Positions 28,201 to 37,305 of a stretch of 64,000 nucleotides of DNA are shown piece after piece. Made by a program: the position numbers and the translations under genes. This DNA comes from a virus (taxonomy: Duplodnaviria > Caudoviricetes): the IMG/VR virus record IMGVR_UViG_3300009873_000014, positions 5,121 through 69,120 of that record; one strand, 5' to 3'. How positions within the stretch are numbered: position 1 is the first letter of the stretch; each line of letters begins with the position of its first letter. The notes below the pieces were generated by a model. It searched no databases and had not been told where the DNA came from. It saw only the letters and a list, made by a program, of their open reading frames with translations.

Positions 28201-28592
28201 TGGTCGGAGAGAAGTTCGCAGACCTCGGGGGCGTGCCCTCGGAGGTGAAGGAGGCCGTGGCCGCTGGCGATGGCCCGGTGCGCCGGATCGGCAACATCGT
28301 GGACGACGAGCGCGCCGGCAAGCCCGTGTGCCGCTGCGGCGGCGAGGGCATGGTGACCGTGGTGAACGATGCGGTCACCGGGGAGTACCTCGGGTCCTCG
28401 AAGTTCGACCTCGATCCCTCGCGCCGGGTCACGGAGTCGATGTACCCGTGCCCGTCGTGCCGGCCCGAGCAGTTCCTTCGCTGGCAGAAGGGGTGCGCCG
28501 CGCCGAACCACGACCGCAAGAACTGCCCCGAGTGCATGGGGGCCGAGGAGCGCGCCGCCGCCGCGGCCCGAGCCAAGGCGAAGAAGCCGTGA
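28200..28592 (+). CDS. Zn-finger hypothetical protein
   Basis: CRCGG, CPSC, C......CPEC. Confidence 0.6.
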   Translation: MVGEKFADLGGVPSEVKEAVAAGDGPVRRIGNIVDDERAGKPVCRCGGEGMVTVVNDAVTGEYLGSSKFDLDPSRRVTESMYPCPSCRPEQFLRWQKGCAAPNHDRKNCPECMGAEERAAAAARAKAKKP

Positions 28593-28759
28593 TCTACGCG
28601 GAGGTGATCGGCACCTGCCGCCACCCCGGCTGCGGCAAGCCGGCGACCCACCAGCTCATGCGCTCCGGCACCGATCGCCGGGGCATGGCGTGCACCCGCC
28701 ACGTGGACGTGGTTGGTCGGGCCATCGCCAAGGCCATCGGCGAGGAGTACGCCCGGTGA
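28589..28759 (+). CDS. Small Cys-containing hypothetical protein
   Basis: GTGA overlaps; CRHPGC...C.RH. Confidence 0.5.
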   Translation: MIYAEVIGTCRHPGCGKPATHQLMRSGTDRRGMACTRHVDVVGRAIAKAIGEEYAR

Positions 28760-29499
28760 CCGGCTCCGACAAGGTGCTGGCGGTCTACCGCTGGCGCGAC
28801 AACGCAGACATGATCGCCAACGGCGTGCACAAGCTCGGGTGGCTCCGCGGCACCGACCGCTGCCTCGATCCCACGTACGGCCAGCACGGCGGCATGTGGA
28901 CCCGGAGCGTGAAGGGCAAGCGCGTCGTCGTCTGGCAACCGGACGACCTCACCGCCTACTGCTACGAGCGCGGTGGCCCCGACTTCCGTGAGCTGCCCCA
29001 CCCCGACGGGTACTTCGACTCCGTGCTGTTCGACCCGGACTACGTGGCCCGCGGTGGCCGCGCCACCTCCACCACCAAGGACAAGGAGGACCGGTACGGC
29101 CAGGACGAGTCGCCGGCGACGCCGGAGCTGTTGCAGGCTCGGAACAACGAGGGCCTGACCGAGATGCACCGGGTCACGTGCACCGGCGGCATCGTGCTCG
29201 TCAAGACGCAGGACTACGTGTCGAGCGGCCTGATCTACCCGTCGGTGTTCGAGTTCATGCTGCACGCTCGGGAGATCGGCCTGCTCTACCGGGACCGCAT
29301 GGAGTTCGTGGTGGTGCCGACGAGGGAGCGCCACAAGGACGTGCAGCAGCACGCCCGTCGGAACCACTCGACCCTGCTCGTGTTCCAGAAGGTCCCCATC
29401 CGCTACGAGGAGGGCCACGAGGGCGACCCCGCCCACCGGCTGCCCCTCCGCAAGATGCGCCGGCCCGCCGGCCGAGGAGGTATCCGTGAACTGGTCTAG
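28756..29499 (+). CDS. Small phage DNA adenine methyltransferase-like protein with DPDY in place of DPPY
   Basis: DPTYG..G.MW; DFRELP..DG.FDSVLFDPDY; E.HRV...GGIVLVKTQD. Confidence 0.7.
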   Translation: MTGSDKVLAVYRWRDNADMIANGVHKLGWLRGTDRCLDPTYGQHGGMWTRSVKGKRVVVWQPDDLTAYCYERGGPDFRELPHPDGYFDSVLFDPDYVARGGRATSTTKDKEDRYGQDESPATPELLQARNNEGLTEMHRVTCTGGIVLVKTQDYVSSGLIYPSVFEFMLHAREIGLLYRDRMEFVVVPTRERHKDVQQHARRNHSTLLVFQKVPIRYEEGHEGDPAHRLPLRKMRRPAGRGGIRELV

Positions 29500-29797
29500 C
29501 CGCAGTGCCGAGTGCCCGTCGTGTGGCCGTCGCCTCTCCCTGAACGACTCGGGGAAGATGGTCATGCACGGTCCGAAGGACGACCGCTGCCCCGGCTCGT
29601 GGGGTGGTCCCAAGCTGGGTACGGAGCGGTCCTTCGACCCGCCACCCGAGAGCGGCCGGGGCCTCGTCACGTCGCCGCCACCGCCGGGCGTGTCGGCGCG
29701 CCGGTGGCGTGAGGTGGTGCTCACCTGTCGGGACATGGATGACCGGGCCAACCGGGGGGCCTCCACCGGCGCGCCGCTCTCGCTCGCGTTGCGATGA
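29486..29797 (+). CDS. Hypothetical Zn-ribbon protein
   Basis: CPSCGR.L......H......CPGS. Confidence 0.5.
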   Translation: MNWSSRSAECPSCGRRLSLNDSGKMVMHGPKDDRCPGSWGGPKLGTERSFDPPPESGRGLVTSPPPPGVSARRWREVVLTCRDMDDRANRGASTGAPLSLALR

Positions 29798-29970
29798 AGC
29801 TGCCCGCCTGGTACCCGGCCCCCGAGGACGGGTCGCCGTGCCCCGACTGCGGCCACCCGGTGAGCACCCACTCGGAGGGCATCGGCTACGTCCGGTACAT
29901 CGCCACCTCGTGCCACGGGTGCAACGAGATCTCCGTGGTAATGGTGGAGCTGGTGCCGAGTGGAACGTAG
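29794..29970 (+). CDS. Small Cys/His protein (58 aa, below cutoff)
   Basis: ATGA overlap; CPDCGH...H...CHGC. Confidence 0.45.
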   Translation: MKLPAWYPAPEDGSPCPDCGHPVSTHSEGIGYVRYIATSCHGCNEISVVMVELVPSGT

Positions 29971-30379
29971 GACGCCGCTCAAGCGCACCGGGTTCAAGAA
30001 CCGCGGCCAGGGCCTCAAGCGCACCGGTCGGGTGAAGCCACGCTCGGACCGCAACGTCGCCGAGGGAGCCGAGCGCAAGGAGATCCGCACCACGGCCGCG
30101 CCGGCGCGCTGCACCATCGGCCCCGTGCTCGCCGAGCTGGGCGTCGCCGGAGGCTGCGACGGCCGTGGCCGGGTGGAGGGCCTCCACGAGCGCCGCAAGG
30201 CCAGCTCGGGCGGCTCGAAGGTGAACGAGGCCAACCTCATGCCGGCGTGCAACCGGTGCAACTCGCTTATAGAATGTGAGCCGAAGCTGGTCAGGGAGCG
30301 CACCGGCACCCTGCTCGTGGTGAGGGAAGGAGATCCAGAGTGGGAGCAGCTCGGGCGACGACACGATCGGTTTCGGTGA
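29960..30379 (+). CDS. HNH-like protein with replaced C-terminus
   Basis: RRTPLKR basic N-terminus; C....C...HER...S.GG....NL..ACNRCN. Confidence 0.65.
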   Translation: MERRTPLKRTGFKNRGQGLKRTGRVKPRSDRNVAEGAERKEIRTTAAPARCTIGPVLAELGVAGGCDGRGRVEGLHERRKASSGGSKVNEANLMPACNRCNSLIECEPKLVRERTGTLLVVREGDPEWEQLGRRHDRFR

Positions 30380-30786
30380 CCAAGGCGGCTGCGGCTGACG
30401 CTCGGTTCTGGCGTGACACCGAACAGGGCGACGGGTGCTGGGAGTGGAAGGGCTACAAGCGTCCGGACGGCTACGGCTCCATCTGGAATGGCGAGACGAA
30501 CGTGCTCGCCCACCGCTACTCGTGGGAGCTGGCCCGCGGCCCGGTCCCTGACGGACTGGGCCTTGACCACATCTGCCGGAACCGGGCGTGTGTGAAGCCG
30601 ACGCATCTTGAGCCGGTCACCCAGTCCACCAACCTGAGCCGGATGCCGCCCCGATCCGTCTGCAAGAAGGGCCATCCGCTGGTGCCGGGGAACGTATACC
30701 TCTACCCGAAGTCGGGTGCTCGGCTCTGCATCACCTGCCACCCCGAGCGCCGGCCCAACTGGTTCCCTGACGAGGAGCAGCCATGA
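30376..30786 (+). CDS. HNH homing endonuclease (HNH_3 type)
   Basis: CWEW.G.....GYG...AHR.SWEL..GP.P.GL.LDH.CRNRACV.P.HLEPVT...N; C-terminal C.KGH motif. Confidence 0.9.
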   Translation: MTKAAAADARFWRDTEQGDGCWEWKGYKRPDGYGSIWNGETNVLAHRYSWELARGPVPDGLGLDHICRNRACVKPTHLEPVTQSTNLSRMPPRSVCKKGHPLVPGNVYLYPKSGARLCITCHPERRPNWFPDEEQP

Positions 30787-31595
30787 CGCTTGAGCCGTAC
30801 TACGAGGACGATCTCGTGACGCTCTACCACGGTGACGCTCTCTCCGTGATGAGCCGCCTTACCGAGAAGTTCGACCTGGCCTTCACGTCGCCCCCGTACA
30901 ACCTCGGGGCGCTGCCTTGGCCGGCGCTCGGCCACTGGGAGCCGGGGGCGGTATCCGGGTCGGGCGGCGGCGAGAAGTGGTCGGGAGGGGCTAACTCGGG
31001 CGACGGGGTGGACTACGACCAGCACGACGATGCCCTCCCCTGGTCTGAGTACGTGGAGCAGCAACGCTCCACCATCTCGGCTATGTGGTCCCTGCTGGCC
31101 GAGGCCGGGGCGATCTTCTACAACCACAAGCCGAGGGTGGTCGGCTCTCGCCTCTGGCTACCGTACGAGCTGTTCCCCGAGCACGCCTTGCTCCGCCAGG
31201 AGATCGTGTGGGCGAGAGCCGGGGGCATGAACTACTCGCCCACCTACTACGTCCCGACCCATGAGCGGATCTATGTGCTGGCGCAGGAGGCTTGGCGGCT
31301 CCGCTCCAAAGGGGCGTCGGGTCTAGGCGATGTGTGGAGGGTGCCGCAGCAGCCCTCGGATCACCCGGCCCCCTTTCCGGTGGATCTCCCCGCTCGGGCC
31401 ATTGAGAGTACGGGCGCTCGGACGGTGCTAGACCCCTACGCTGGATCAGGAACGACGCTCCGGGCTGCCAAGGACGCTGGCGTGCGGGCGGTCGGGGTTG
31501 AGTCCTCGGAGCGGTACTGCGAGATGGCAGCAGCGCGCCTCGGGTCGTGGGAGCACGCGGTGGCCGGTGCAGGCACCTTGTGGAGCGACGGATGA
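30783..31595 (+). CDS. DNA methyltransferase (N4-C/N6-A, beta-class)
   Basis: TLYHGDAL, FTSPPYN, EIVW, HPAPFP, VLDPYAGSGTT, GVE.SERYCE.A..RL. Confidence 0.92.
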   Translation: MTLEPYYEDDLVTLYHGDALSVMSRLTEKFDLAFTSPPYNLGALPWPALGHWEPGAVSGSGGGEKWSGGANSGDGVDYDQHDDALPWSEYVEQQRSTISAMWSLLAEAGAIFYNHKPRVVGSRLWLPYELFPEHALLRQEIVWARAGGMNYSPTYYVPTHERIYVLAQEAWRLRSKGASGLGDVWRVPQQPSDHPAPFPVDLPARAIESTGARTVLDPYAGSGTTLRAAKDAGVRAVGVESSERYCEMAAARLGSWEHAVAGAGTLWSDG

Positions 31596-31705
31596 GGGAC
31601 GCCGTGGGCGATGACCGCGAGGCGATCGAGGGGAGCGTGCTCGTCGTGCGCGAGGGCCACCCCGAGTGGGAGGAGCTGTCGATGCGCTGGGACAGGTTCC
31701 GGTAG
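31592..31705 (+). pseudogene. Displaced original 3' end of the 29960 gene (37-codon remnant)
   Basis: GSVLVVREGHPEWEELSMRWDRFR* parallels GTLLVVREGDPEWEQLGRRHDRFR* at 30305-30379. Confidence 0.65.
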
Positions 31706-31715
31706 ACACCGGTAC

Positions 31716-31731
31716 CCCTACCCTGGTATAG
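31716..31731 (+). promoter_or_regulatory. Operator/promoter copy (CCCTACC-CT-GGTATAG)
   Basis: TATAGA -10-like box; GTAGAC upstream; precedes J-domain gene. Confidence 0.7.
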
Positions 31732-31740
31732 ATACCCGCT

Positions 31741-32427
31741 ATGGAACTTGTCGCTCGCCCCATCGACCAGTGGCCCGGCCCCCTGCGCGCCTCGTACGAG
31801 CGCCAGTCCTCCAACTTCACGGCGGACTGGCAGGACACGACGGCGCTCCTCGAACGAGAGGTGTCGCACCTCGCCGGCGACTCCGTGACCGTCGTGTTGC
31901 AGCTCGCCATCACCGAGCGGGACTGCCGCAACGACGGCTGGATTCGCTCCGACGCCCGCCCCGCGCACCCCGGCGCGATCATCTCGTTCCCCGACCGCAA
32001 GGGCACCCCGCTCCGGTTCTCCACCGACAAGTTCGAGGACAACACGTGGGGCCTCTCGAAGTACCTCCGGGGGTGGAAGGCCAACGTGCGCGCCATCGCC
32101 CTCGCGTTGGAGGCGCTCCGCAAGGTGGACCGCTACGGCATCGGCTCGGGCGGTGAGCAGTACGTCGGCTGGCAGGCCATCGCCGCCGAGTCCTCGATCG
32201 CCCTCGGCAACGGCCAGATGACGCCCCGCGACGCCGCTCGCGCTCTGCTCGACGCCGCCCACCTCCCCACCGACGAGCCGTCGATCACCGCCTTCCTCGC
32301 CGACCGGGAGAGCTGGGCGCGGGTCTACCGCACCGCCGCCGGCAACATGCACCCCGACCGCCCCACCGGCTCCGAGGCGGCGTTCAAGCTCGTCTCCGAG
32401 GCCAAGGCCGTCCTCGACACCCTCTAG
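31741..32427 (+). CDS. Protein with C-terminal truncated J-domain (HPD motif)
   Basis: NVRAIAL.LEALR.VDRYG...GEQY.GW; C-terminal YR.AA..MHPDR..GS..AF..V.EA. Confidence 0.75.
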   Translation: MELVARPIDQWPGPLRASYERQSSNFTADWQDTTALLEREVSHLAGDSVTVVLQLAITERDCRNDGWIRSDARPAHPGAIISFPDRKGTPLRFSTDKFEDNTWGLSKYLRGWKANVRAIALALEALRKVDRYGIGSGGEQYVGWQAIAAESSIALGNGQMTPRDAARALLDAAHLPTDEPSITAFLADRESWARVYRTAAGNMHPDRPTGSEAAFKLVSEAKAVLDTL

Positions 32428-32459
32428 CCCATCCACCGATCCGCTGCCCGGAGATCCCC

Positions 32460-33554
32460 ATGAAGCGCCGCTACGCCCACAAGACCTTCGCCTCCGCCCA
32501 CCTCGCCATCATCGAGCAGGCCAACCGCGTCATCGAGCAGCGTCGGAGCGAGGGGTTCTCCTCGATGACGCTGCGCGAGATCTACTACCAGTTCATCGCC
32601 CACGACCTGTTCCCCGACGACCGCCGGTGGCTGTGGGAGAACAACAAGTGGGTGCGCGACAAGGACGGGAGCAACCCCAACTCCACCAAGAACGCGCAGC
32701 CCAACTACAAGTGGCTCGGGCAGATCCTCGTGGACGCCCGGATGGCCGGCCTCATCGACTGGAACCGGATGGCCGACAACGTGCGGTCGGCGTCGCTGCG
32801 CGGCGGCGGCTGGCGCGACCCGGCCCACTACGCCGAGTCGATCGGCACCGACTACGCCCGGAACACCTCCTCCGTGCAGGACGTGTGGATCGAGGTGTGG
32901 GTGGAGAAGGACGCGCAGGTCGGCATCGTGGACTCGATCGTGCGGGAGTGGAGGATCTCCTCGTTCGCCTGCCGCGGCAACGTCTCCTCGTCGGCGATCT
33001 ACCAGGCGGGCCTCCGGCTGGCCGACAAGATCCAAGCCGGCAAGCGGGTGGTGATCCTCCACCTCGGCGACCACGACCCCAACGGGATCGACATGAGCCG
33101 CGACAACGAGGACCGGCTCCGGCAGATGATCCTCGTCAACCTCGGCGTGGACCCCTTGGAGGTGGCCGACTGCGCCGCTCTCGAAGATCCCGGCGACGAG
33201 GAGTGGGGGTTCTTGTGGGAGGACGCCACCACCGTCGAGGACCCGTTCCTGTTCCGCCGGATCGGCCTGAACATGGATCAGATCCGAGAGTTCAACCCGC
33301 CGCCGTCGCCGGCCAAGATCACCGACTCCCGCGCCCGTGGCTACATCGAGCGGTTCGGCGAGGACTCGTGGGAGCTGGACGCCCTGACGCCGGCGGCGAT
33401 GAGGGAGATCATCACGGCGAACGTGTTGGAGTTCTTCGATCTCGACGCCTTCCGCGAGGTGCTCGATGAGGAGGAGATCGAGCGCAACCAGCTCACGTCG
33501 ATCGCCGACCGCTGGGACGAGGTTGCCGAGGCTCTCGGCGACGGAGAGGAGTGA
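32460..33554 (+). CDS. TOPRIM-domain protein (Topo VI-A/JetD-like)
   Basis: TLR..YYQ, EVWVEKDA, RG..S.S, LHLGDHDPNG.DM, RRIGLN..Q, K.TDSR, WELDAL. Confidence 0.8.
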   Translation: MKRRYAHKTFASAHLAIIEQANRVIEQRRSEGFSSMTLREIYYQFIAHDLFPDDRRWLWENNKWVRDKDGSNPNSTKNAQPNYKWLGQILVDARMAGLIDWNRMADNVRSASLRGGGWRDPAHYAESIGTDYARNTSSVQDVWIEVWVEKDAQVGIVDSIVREWRISSFACRGNVSSSAIYQAGLRLADKIQAGKRVVILHLGDHDPNGIDMSRDNEDRLRQMILVNLGVDPLEVADCAALEDPGDEEWGFLWEDATTVEDPFLFRRIGLNMDQIREFNPPPSPAKITDSRARGYIERFGEDSWELDALTPAAMREIITANVLEFFDLDAFREVLDEEEIERNQLTSIADRWDEVAEALGDGEE

Positions 33555-34477
33555 CCATGATCTTCTGGCTGGACTTCGAGACGACGGGGCTGGACCCCGA
33601 GACAGACCACATCATCGAGGCCGGGGTCGCGGTGACCACGGACGAGCTGGTCGTGGTCGATCAGTTCCACTCGCCGATCACGCTGCCGTACATCGACGGC
33701 GCGGCGTTCGACGGCGACTGGGAGACGCTCTGCCGAGGGGAGGAGGCCGTGCTCACGATGCACCGGGAGTCGGGCCTGTTCGCCGAGCTGGACGGCGGCT
33801 CTGGCATCCCGGTCTACACGGCGCAGGGGATCATCCTCGACATGCTCCGCCGCCACGGGGCAACCCCGAGCGAACCCATCGCCATCGCCGGCTCGGGCGT
33901 GGACCGGTTCGATCGGCTCTGGCTGGCCAAGCACATGCCCGAGATCCTGCCGCTCGTCACCTACTGGTCGTACGACCTCGGCCCGCTGCGCCGGTCGTTC
34001 CGGCTGTTCGGCACCGACTGGGAGCTGACCGAGCCGACACCGCACCGTGCGCTCGGCGACGTGCTCCGCCACATCAAGGAGCTGGTGCACTACCGCGACA
34101 CCGTGCAGTCGCTCGACGGCGGGTGGCAGCGCCGGCAGATCGGGAACCCCATGCTCGTGCCGGTCGGGTTCCCGTGCCCGAAGATGAGCAGCGGCCAGTG
34201 CGGGTGCTACGGCCCCCACCCTGCCCACGTGAAGCCGGAGCCGGAGCTGTTCACCTTGCTCGCCGAGACGTTGGCCACCGGGAAGGTCCCCGAGGAGGAG
34301 CCGCTCATGCGGCCGTGGGCGCTCCTCCTGTCGGCGCAGGCCAACCTCACCGGCTGGCTCGCCGAGGAGACGCCCTCGGGTCGGAGCGCCAAGGCCGAGC
34401 AGGCGCTCCGAGATCTCAACGAGGGCCTCGCCGGCATGAAGCCCCCGCCGGAGCCGGCCCCCGATGCCGAGGCGTGA
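33551..34477 (+). CDS. DEDDh 3'-5' exonuclease (oligoribonuclease-like) with C-terminal extension
   Basis: WLDFETTGLDP..D.IIEAG; AGSGV..FDR.WL; HRAL.D. Confidence 0.85.
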   Translation: MTMIFWLDFETTGLDPETDHIIEAGVAVTTDELVVVDQFHSPITLPYIDGAAFDGDWETLCRGEEAVLTMHRESGLFAELDGGSGIPVYTAQGIILDMLRRHGATPSEPIAIAGSGVDRFDRLWLAKHMPEILPLVTYWSYDLGPLRRSFRLFGTDWELTEPTPHRALGDVLRHIKELVHYRDTVQSLDGGWQRRQIGNPMLVPVGFPCPKMSSGQCGCYGPHPAHVKPEPELFTLLAETLATGKVPEEEPLMRPWALLLSAQANLTGWLAEETPSGRSAKAEQALRDLNEGLAGMKPPPEPAPDAEA

Positions 34478-34637
34478 GGACCACCCGCACGTGCTCCGGA
34501 TCGAGCGCCCGAACGGTGCCGTCGCCGAGCAGGGCGTGGACGACTTCGCCGGCGCGGTGCGCGCCGCGGAGCGTCTCGCTCCCCTGATCCCCCACGACGC
34601 CGAGTGGAGCGTCGTGCCCACCGGAGGTGACCGATGA
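34464..34637 (+). CDS. Small hypothetical protein (57 aa, below cutoff)
   Basis: GC3-typical frame MPRREDHPHVLRIERP...; ATGA overlap with next gene. Confidence 0.45.
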   Translation: MPRREDHPHVLRIERPNGAVAEQGVDDFAGAVRAAERLAPLIPHDAEWSVVPTGGDR

Positions 34638-35200
34638 CCGACGTACTCGTGCTCGATCGAGGAGAGGGCAAGACGATCGGGCTGGCCAAGGCCATCCTCG
34701 AAGCGGACCCCTTCGGCACCGGCCTGCTCCTCACCCCCACGGCCTGGCAGACCCGCTCCACCTTGGAGGCCATCGCACGCGAGAGCCGGGAGTCGGTCAT
34801 CCTGCACCGCGCCGCCGGTCACCTCGTCCTCCCCAACGGCCGGCTCGTCGGCATGGTCGAGGAGGGGTTGGAGCACGCCATCCGCGGCTACGACCGGAGC
34901 GCCCCCATCTGGATCGACAACGCCGACCTCATGGAGCACGGCATCCGCCACCCCGCCCTCATGGGCCGCAACGTCGTGCTGGCCACCGGCAGCCCGCCGG
35001 CACCGTGGCGGGAGGTGGACGCGGCGTGGACCGCGGCTATCGAGTGGCAGCGGGAACAGGAGCACCGGGCGGCGCTCGGCGACAAGCGCCGCGGCGAGGA
35101 GGCCCTCATCTACCTCGGAGCCATCGGCCATCGGGTGGAGGGCATCGACGCGGAGACGTTCGGCCGGGCGCTCCGCAAGTTCAAGGCCCGGCCAGCATGA
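34634..35200 (+). CDS. Hypothetical protein with degenerate P-loop/Walker B
   Basis: RGEGKT..; IWIDNAD. Confidence 0.45.
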   Translation: MTDVLVLDRGEGKTIGLAKAILEADPFGTGLLLTPTAWQTRSTLEAIARESRESVILHRAAGHLVLPNGRLVGMVEEGLEHAIRGYDRSAPIWIDNADLMEHGIRHPALMGRNVVLATGSPPAPWREVDAAWTAAIEWQREQEHRAALGDKRRGEEALIYLGAIGHRVEGIDAETFGRALRKFKARPA

Positions 35201-35730
35201 GCCTGTTCGACGCCTCCCTCCCCGATGCCACCGGCCTCCAACGGGTGATCCTCTCGATCGACCCCGGCAAGAAGGGCGCGCTCGCGTGGATCGGCGACGA
35301 CGACGTGCTCCTCGCGGTGGAGGACATGCCCGATGCCGAGGAGGTGGCGCTCGGCGTGGCCGTGGCCGGCCTGCTGCGTGACCACGCCCCGTACTGGCCG
35401 ACCGTCGTGTGGATCGAGAAGGCGCAGGCCATGCCCGATCACCTCAAGGGCGCTCGCCAGGGCAGCGCCTCCACGTTCAAGTACGGCAAGAACTACGGCG
35501 TCCTCCTCGGCGTCGTCTCCGCGCTCGGCGTACCGGTGCACCTCGTCGCCTCCTCCTCGTGGAAGGCGAAGGTGCCGGACGTGACCAAGGACAAGGACAC
35601 GAGCCGGGCCAAGGCGGCGCAGCTCTGGCCCATGTCCGCCCACCTGTTCAAGCGCAAGATGGACGACGGCCGCGCCGAAGCTGCGCTCATCGGGTGGTAC
35701 GGCGGGCAGCAGAGGCCGGTCGGCCGATGA
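35197..35730 (+). CDS. RuvC-like Holliday junction resolvase
   Basis: LSIDPGKKGALA; VWIEK; G.AS.FKYG..YG; DDGRAEAALI. Confidence 0.85.
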   Translation: MSLFDASLPDATGLQRVILSIDPGKKGALAWIGDDDVLLAVEDMPDAEEVALGVAVAGLLRDHAPYWPTVVWIEKAQAMPDHLKGARQGSASTFKYGKNYGVLLGVVSALGVPVHLVASSSWKAKVPDVTKDKDTSRAKAAQLWPMSAHLFKRKMDDGRAEAALIGWYGGQQRPVGR

Positions 35731-35894
35731 CGGTCCACGCCCGCTGCCCCGAGTGCGACAAGACCCTGGCCTCCGTCGAGGGCCACTTCCCCGAGCACTC
35801 CACATGGCTCGATGACCTGCGCGTCATCTGCACCGGCTCCGGCTGGATCGTGGAGGACGAGGACATAGTTCCTGGCCGATGGCCCCGAGGCTGA
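35727..35894 (+). CDS. Small Zn-ribbon protein
   Basis: CPEC....H......CTGSG. Confidence 0.5.
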   Translation: MTVHARCPECDKTLASVEGHFPEHSTWLDDLRVICTGSGWIVEDEDIVPGRWPRG

Positions 35895-35962
35895 CCCTCT
35901 ACCCACCTACCGGTACCCGTGCTACGGTACAGGCCCCAACCCCGAGATCAGGAGATCCGCTC

Positions 35963-36343
35963 ATGGCCAAGCTCACGCCCTTCGAGGGCACCGAGGTCAC
36001 CAAGACCTCCATCGCCATCACCAACGCCGGCGACGGGCTGTCCAAGGCCCTCAAGGTGAAGCCGCAGGAGTTCCCGCTCGGCCGCACCGTCTACGTGCTC
36101 ATGGAGTGCGAGGTGACCAAGGTGCGCTACGAGGAGAACGACGGCGACACCCTCAACCGCGTCCACATCTTGAAGGCCGGCACCGCCACGATGGTCACCA
36201 AGAAGATCGCCGAGGAGCACATCAAGGCGCAGAAGGCCGAGATCGAGCGGGCCGAGGACGCCGCCGCCGGCGTCGAGCGCATCCCCGGCACCGCGCCCTA
36301 CTCCGACGAGGACGACGACGCCGGCGACCCGGACGGCGACTGA
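35963..36343 (+). CDS. Hypothetical protein
   Basis: ATG after AGGAG; 126 aa. Confidence 0.65.
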   Translation: MAKLTPFEGTEVTKTSIAITNAGDGLSKALKVKPQEFPLGRTVYVLMECEVTKVRYEENDGDTLNRVHILKAGTATMVTKKIAEEHIKAQKAEIERAEDAAAGVERIPGTAPYSDEDDDAGDPDGD

Positions 36344-36388
36344 CCTGCCACCGCCGACCTACCTTCCGCCACGACCGAAAGGCCCACG

Positions 36389-36631
36389 ATGGCAACCGAC
36401 CCTCGCGACAAGATCATCTCCGACCTCAAGGCGAACACCTCCGCTGCCAAGAAGAACGCCGCCGAGGCCGACCGGTTGCTCCGCGCTCGGGACCGCCTGT
36501 TCCTGCGTGCCAGGGCCGCGACGCCACCCGTGACCGTGCGGGAGATCGCCAAGCTGACCGGGCTGGCCGAGGTGTCCGTGAACAAGCGCCTCAAGCAGCT
36601 CCGCACCGAGGCCGACGCCGCCGGTTCTTGA
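36389..36631 (+). CDS. Small HTH DNA-binding protein
   Basis: VREIAKLTGLAEVSVNKRL. Confidence 0.7.
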   Translation: MATDPRDKIISDLKANTSAAKKNAAEADRLLRARDRLFLRARAATPPVTVREIAKLTGLAEVSVNKRLKQLRTEADAAGS

Positions 36632-36655
36632 CCTCTACCGATACCCCGGTATAGA
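36628..36655 (+). promoter_or_regulatory. Sigma-A-like promoter with operator (TTGACC-N16-TATAGA; CGATACC-CC-GGTATAG at 36639-36654)
   Basis: Direct sequence. Confidence 0.8.
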
Positions 36656-36696
36656 GTCCCGTTCGACACACACGCCGTCTACCCGAGAAGGCACCC

Positions 36697-37305
36697 ATGA
36701 GCGACGACCAGGCCGACCAGTCGGCCCCCACCACCATCCCCATCTCGTTCGAGTTGGACCTGTCCAAGCACCTCGGCCGCTGGGAGGCCCCCAACGGGAT
36801 CGGCCCCGAGGGCGAGGGTGCCACCTTCGAGCCGCTGACGATCGAGGACGTGGTGATCCGCACCGCCGCCCACATCGTCGCCAGCGGCATCGACGCCGAG
36901 GCCCGGCAGAAGGTCGCCGCTCGCATGGCCGAGCTGGTGGCCACGACCCGCTCCGACGTGGTGCGGGAGATCGTGGAGGCCGAGGTGTGGCGGCAGATGG
37001 AGGAGCCGTTCACGCCGATGGACCGGTTCGGGCACGCCACCGGCGAGCCGACCACCCTCGCTGCGGAGGTGTCCGCGATGGTCGCCAAGGCGCTCACCGA
37101 GCAGATCACCGAGCCGGGGGGCCGCGGCTCCTACGACTCGCCGAAGAACACCGTGGTCGGCTGGGCCGTGGCCAAGGCCGTGAAGGGTGAGGTGACCAAG
37201 CAGGTCACCGCCGCGGTTGCCGAGGCCCGCGATCAGGTGATCGCCACCGTCTCCGACGTGGCCGGCGCGGAGATCTCCAAGGCCGTGAAGGCGGCGCTCC
37301 GGTGA
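36697..37305 (+). CDS. Hypothetical helical protein
   Basis: 202 aa, typical codon usage. Confidence 0.65.
   Translation: MSDDQADQSAPTTIPISFELDLSKHLGRWEAPNGIGPEGEGATFEPLTIEDVVIRTAAHIVASGIDAEARQKVAARMAELVATTRSDVVREIVEAEVWRQMEEPFTPMDRFGHATGEPTTLAAEVSAMVAKALTEQITEPGGRGSYDSPKNTVVGWAVAKAVKGEVTKQVTAAVAEARDQVIATVSDVAGAEISKAVKAALR

Noticed and set aside
32460-33554. Complete Wadjet or Topo VI system
   Set aside because: Only the TOPRIM subunit is present; no SMC/kleisin or GHKL partner in the window
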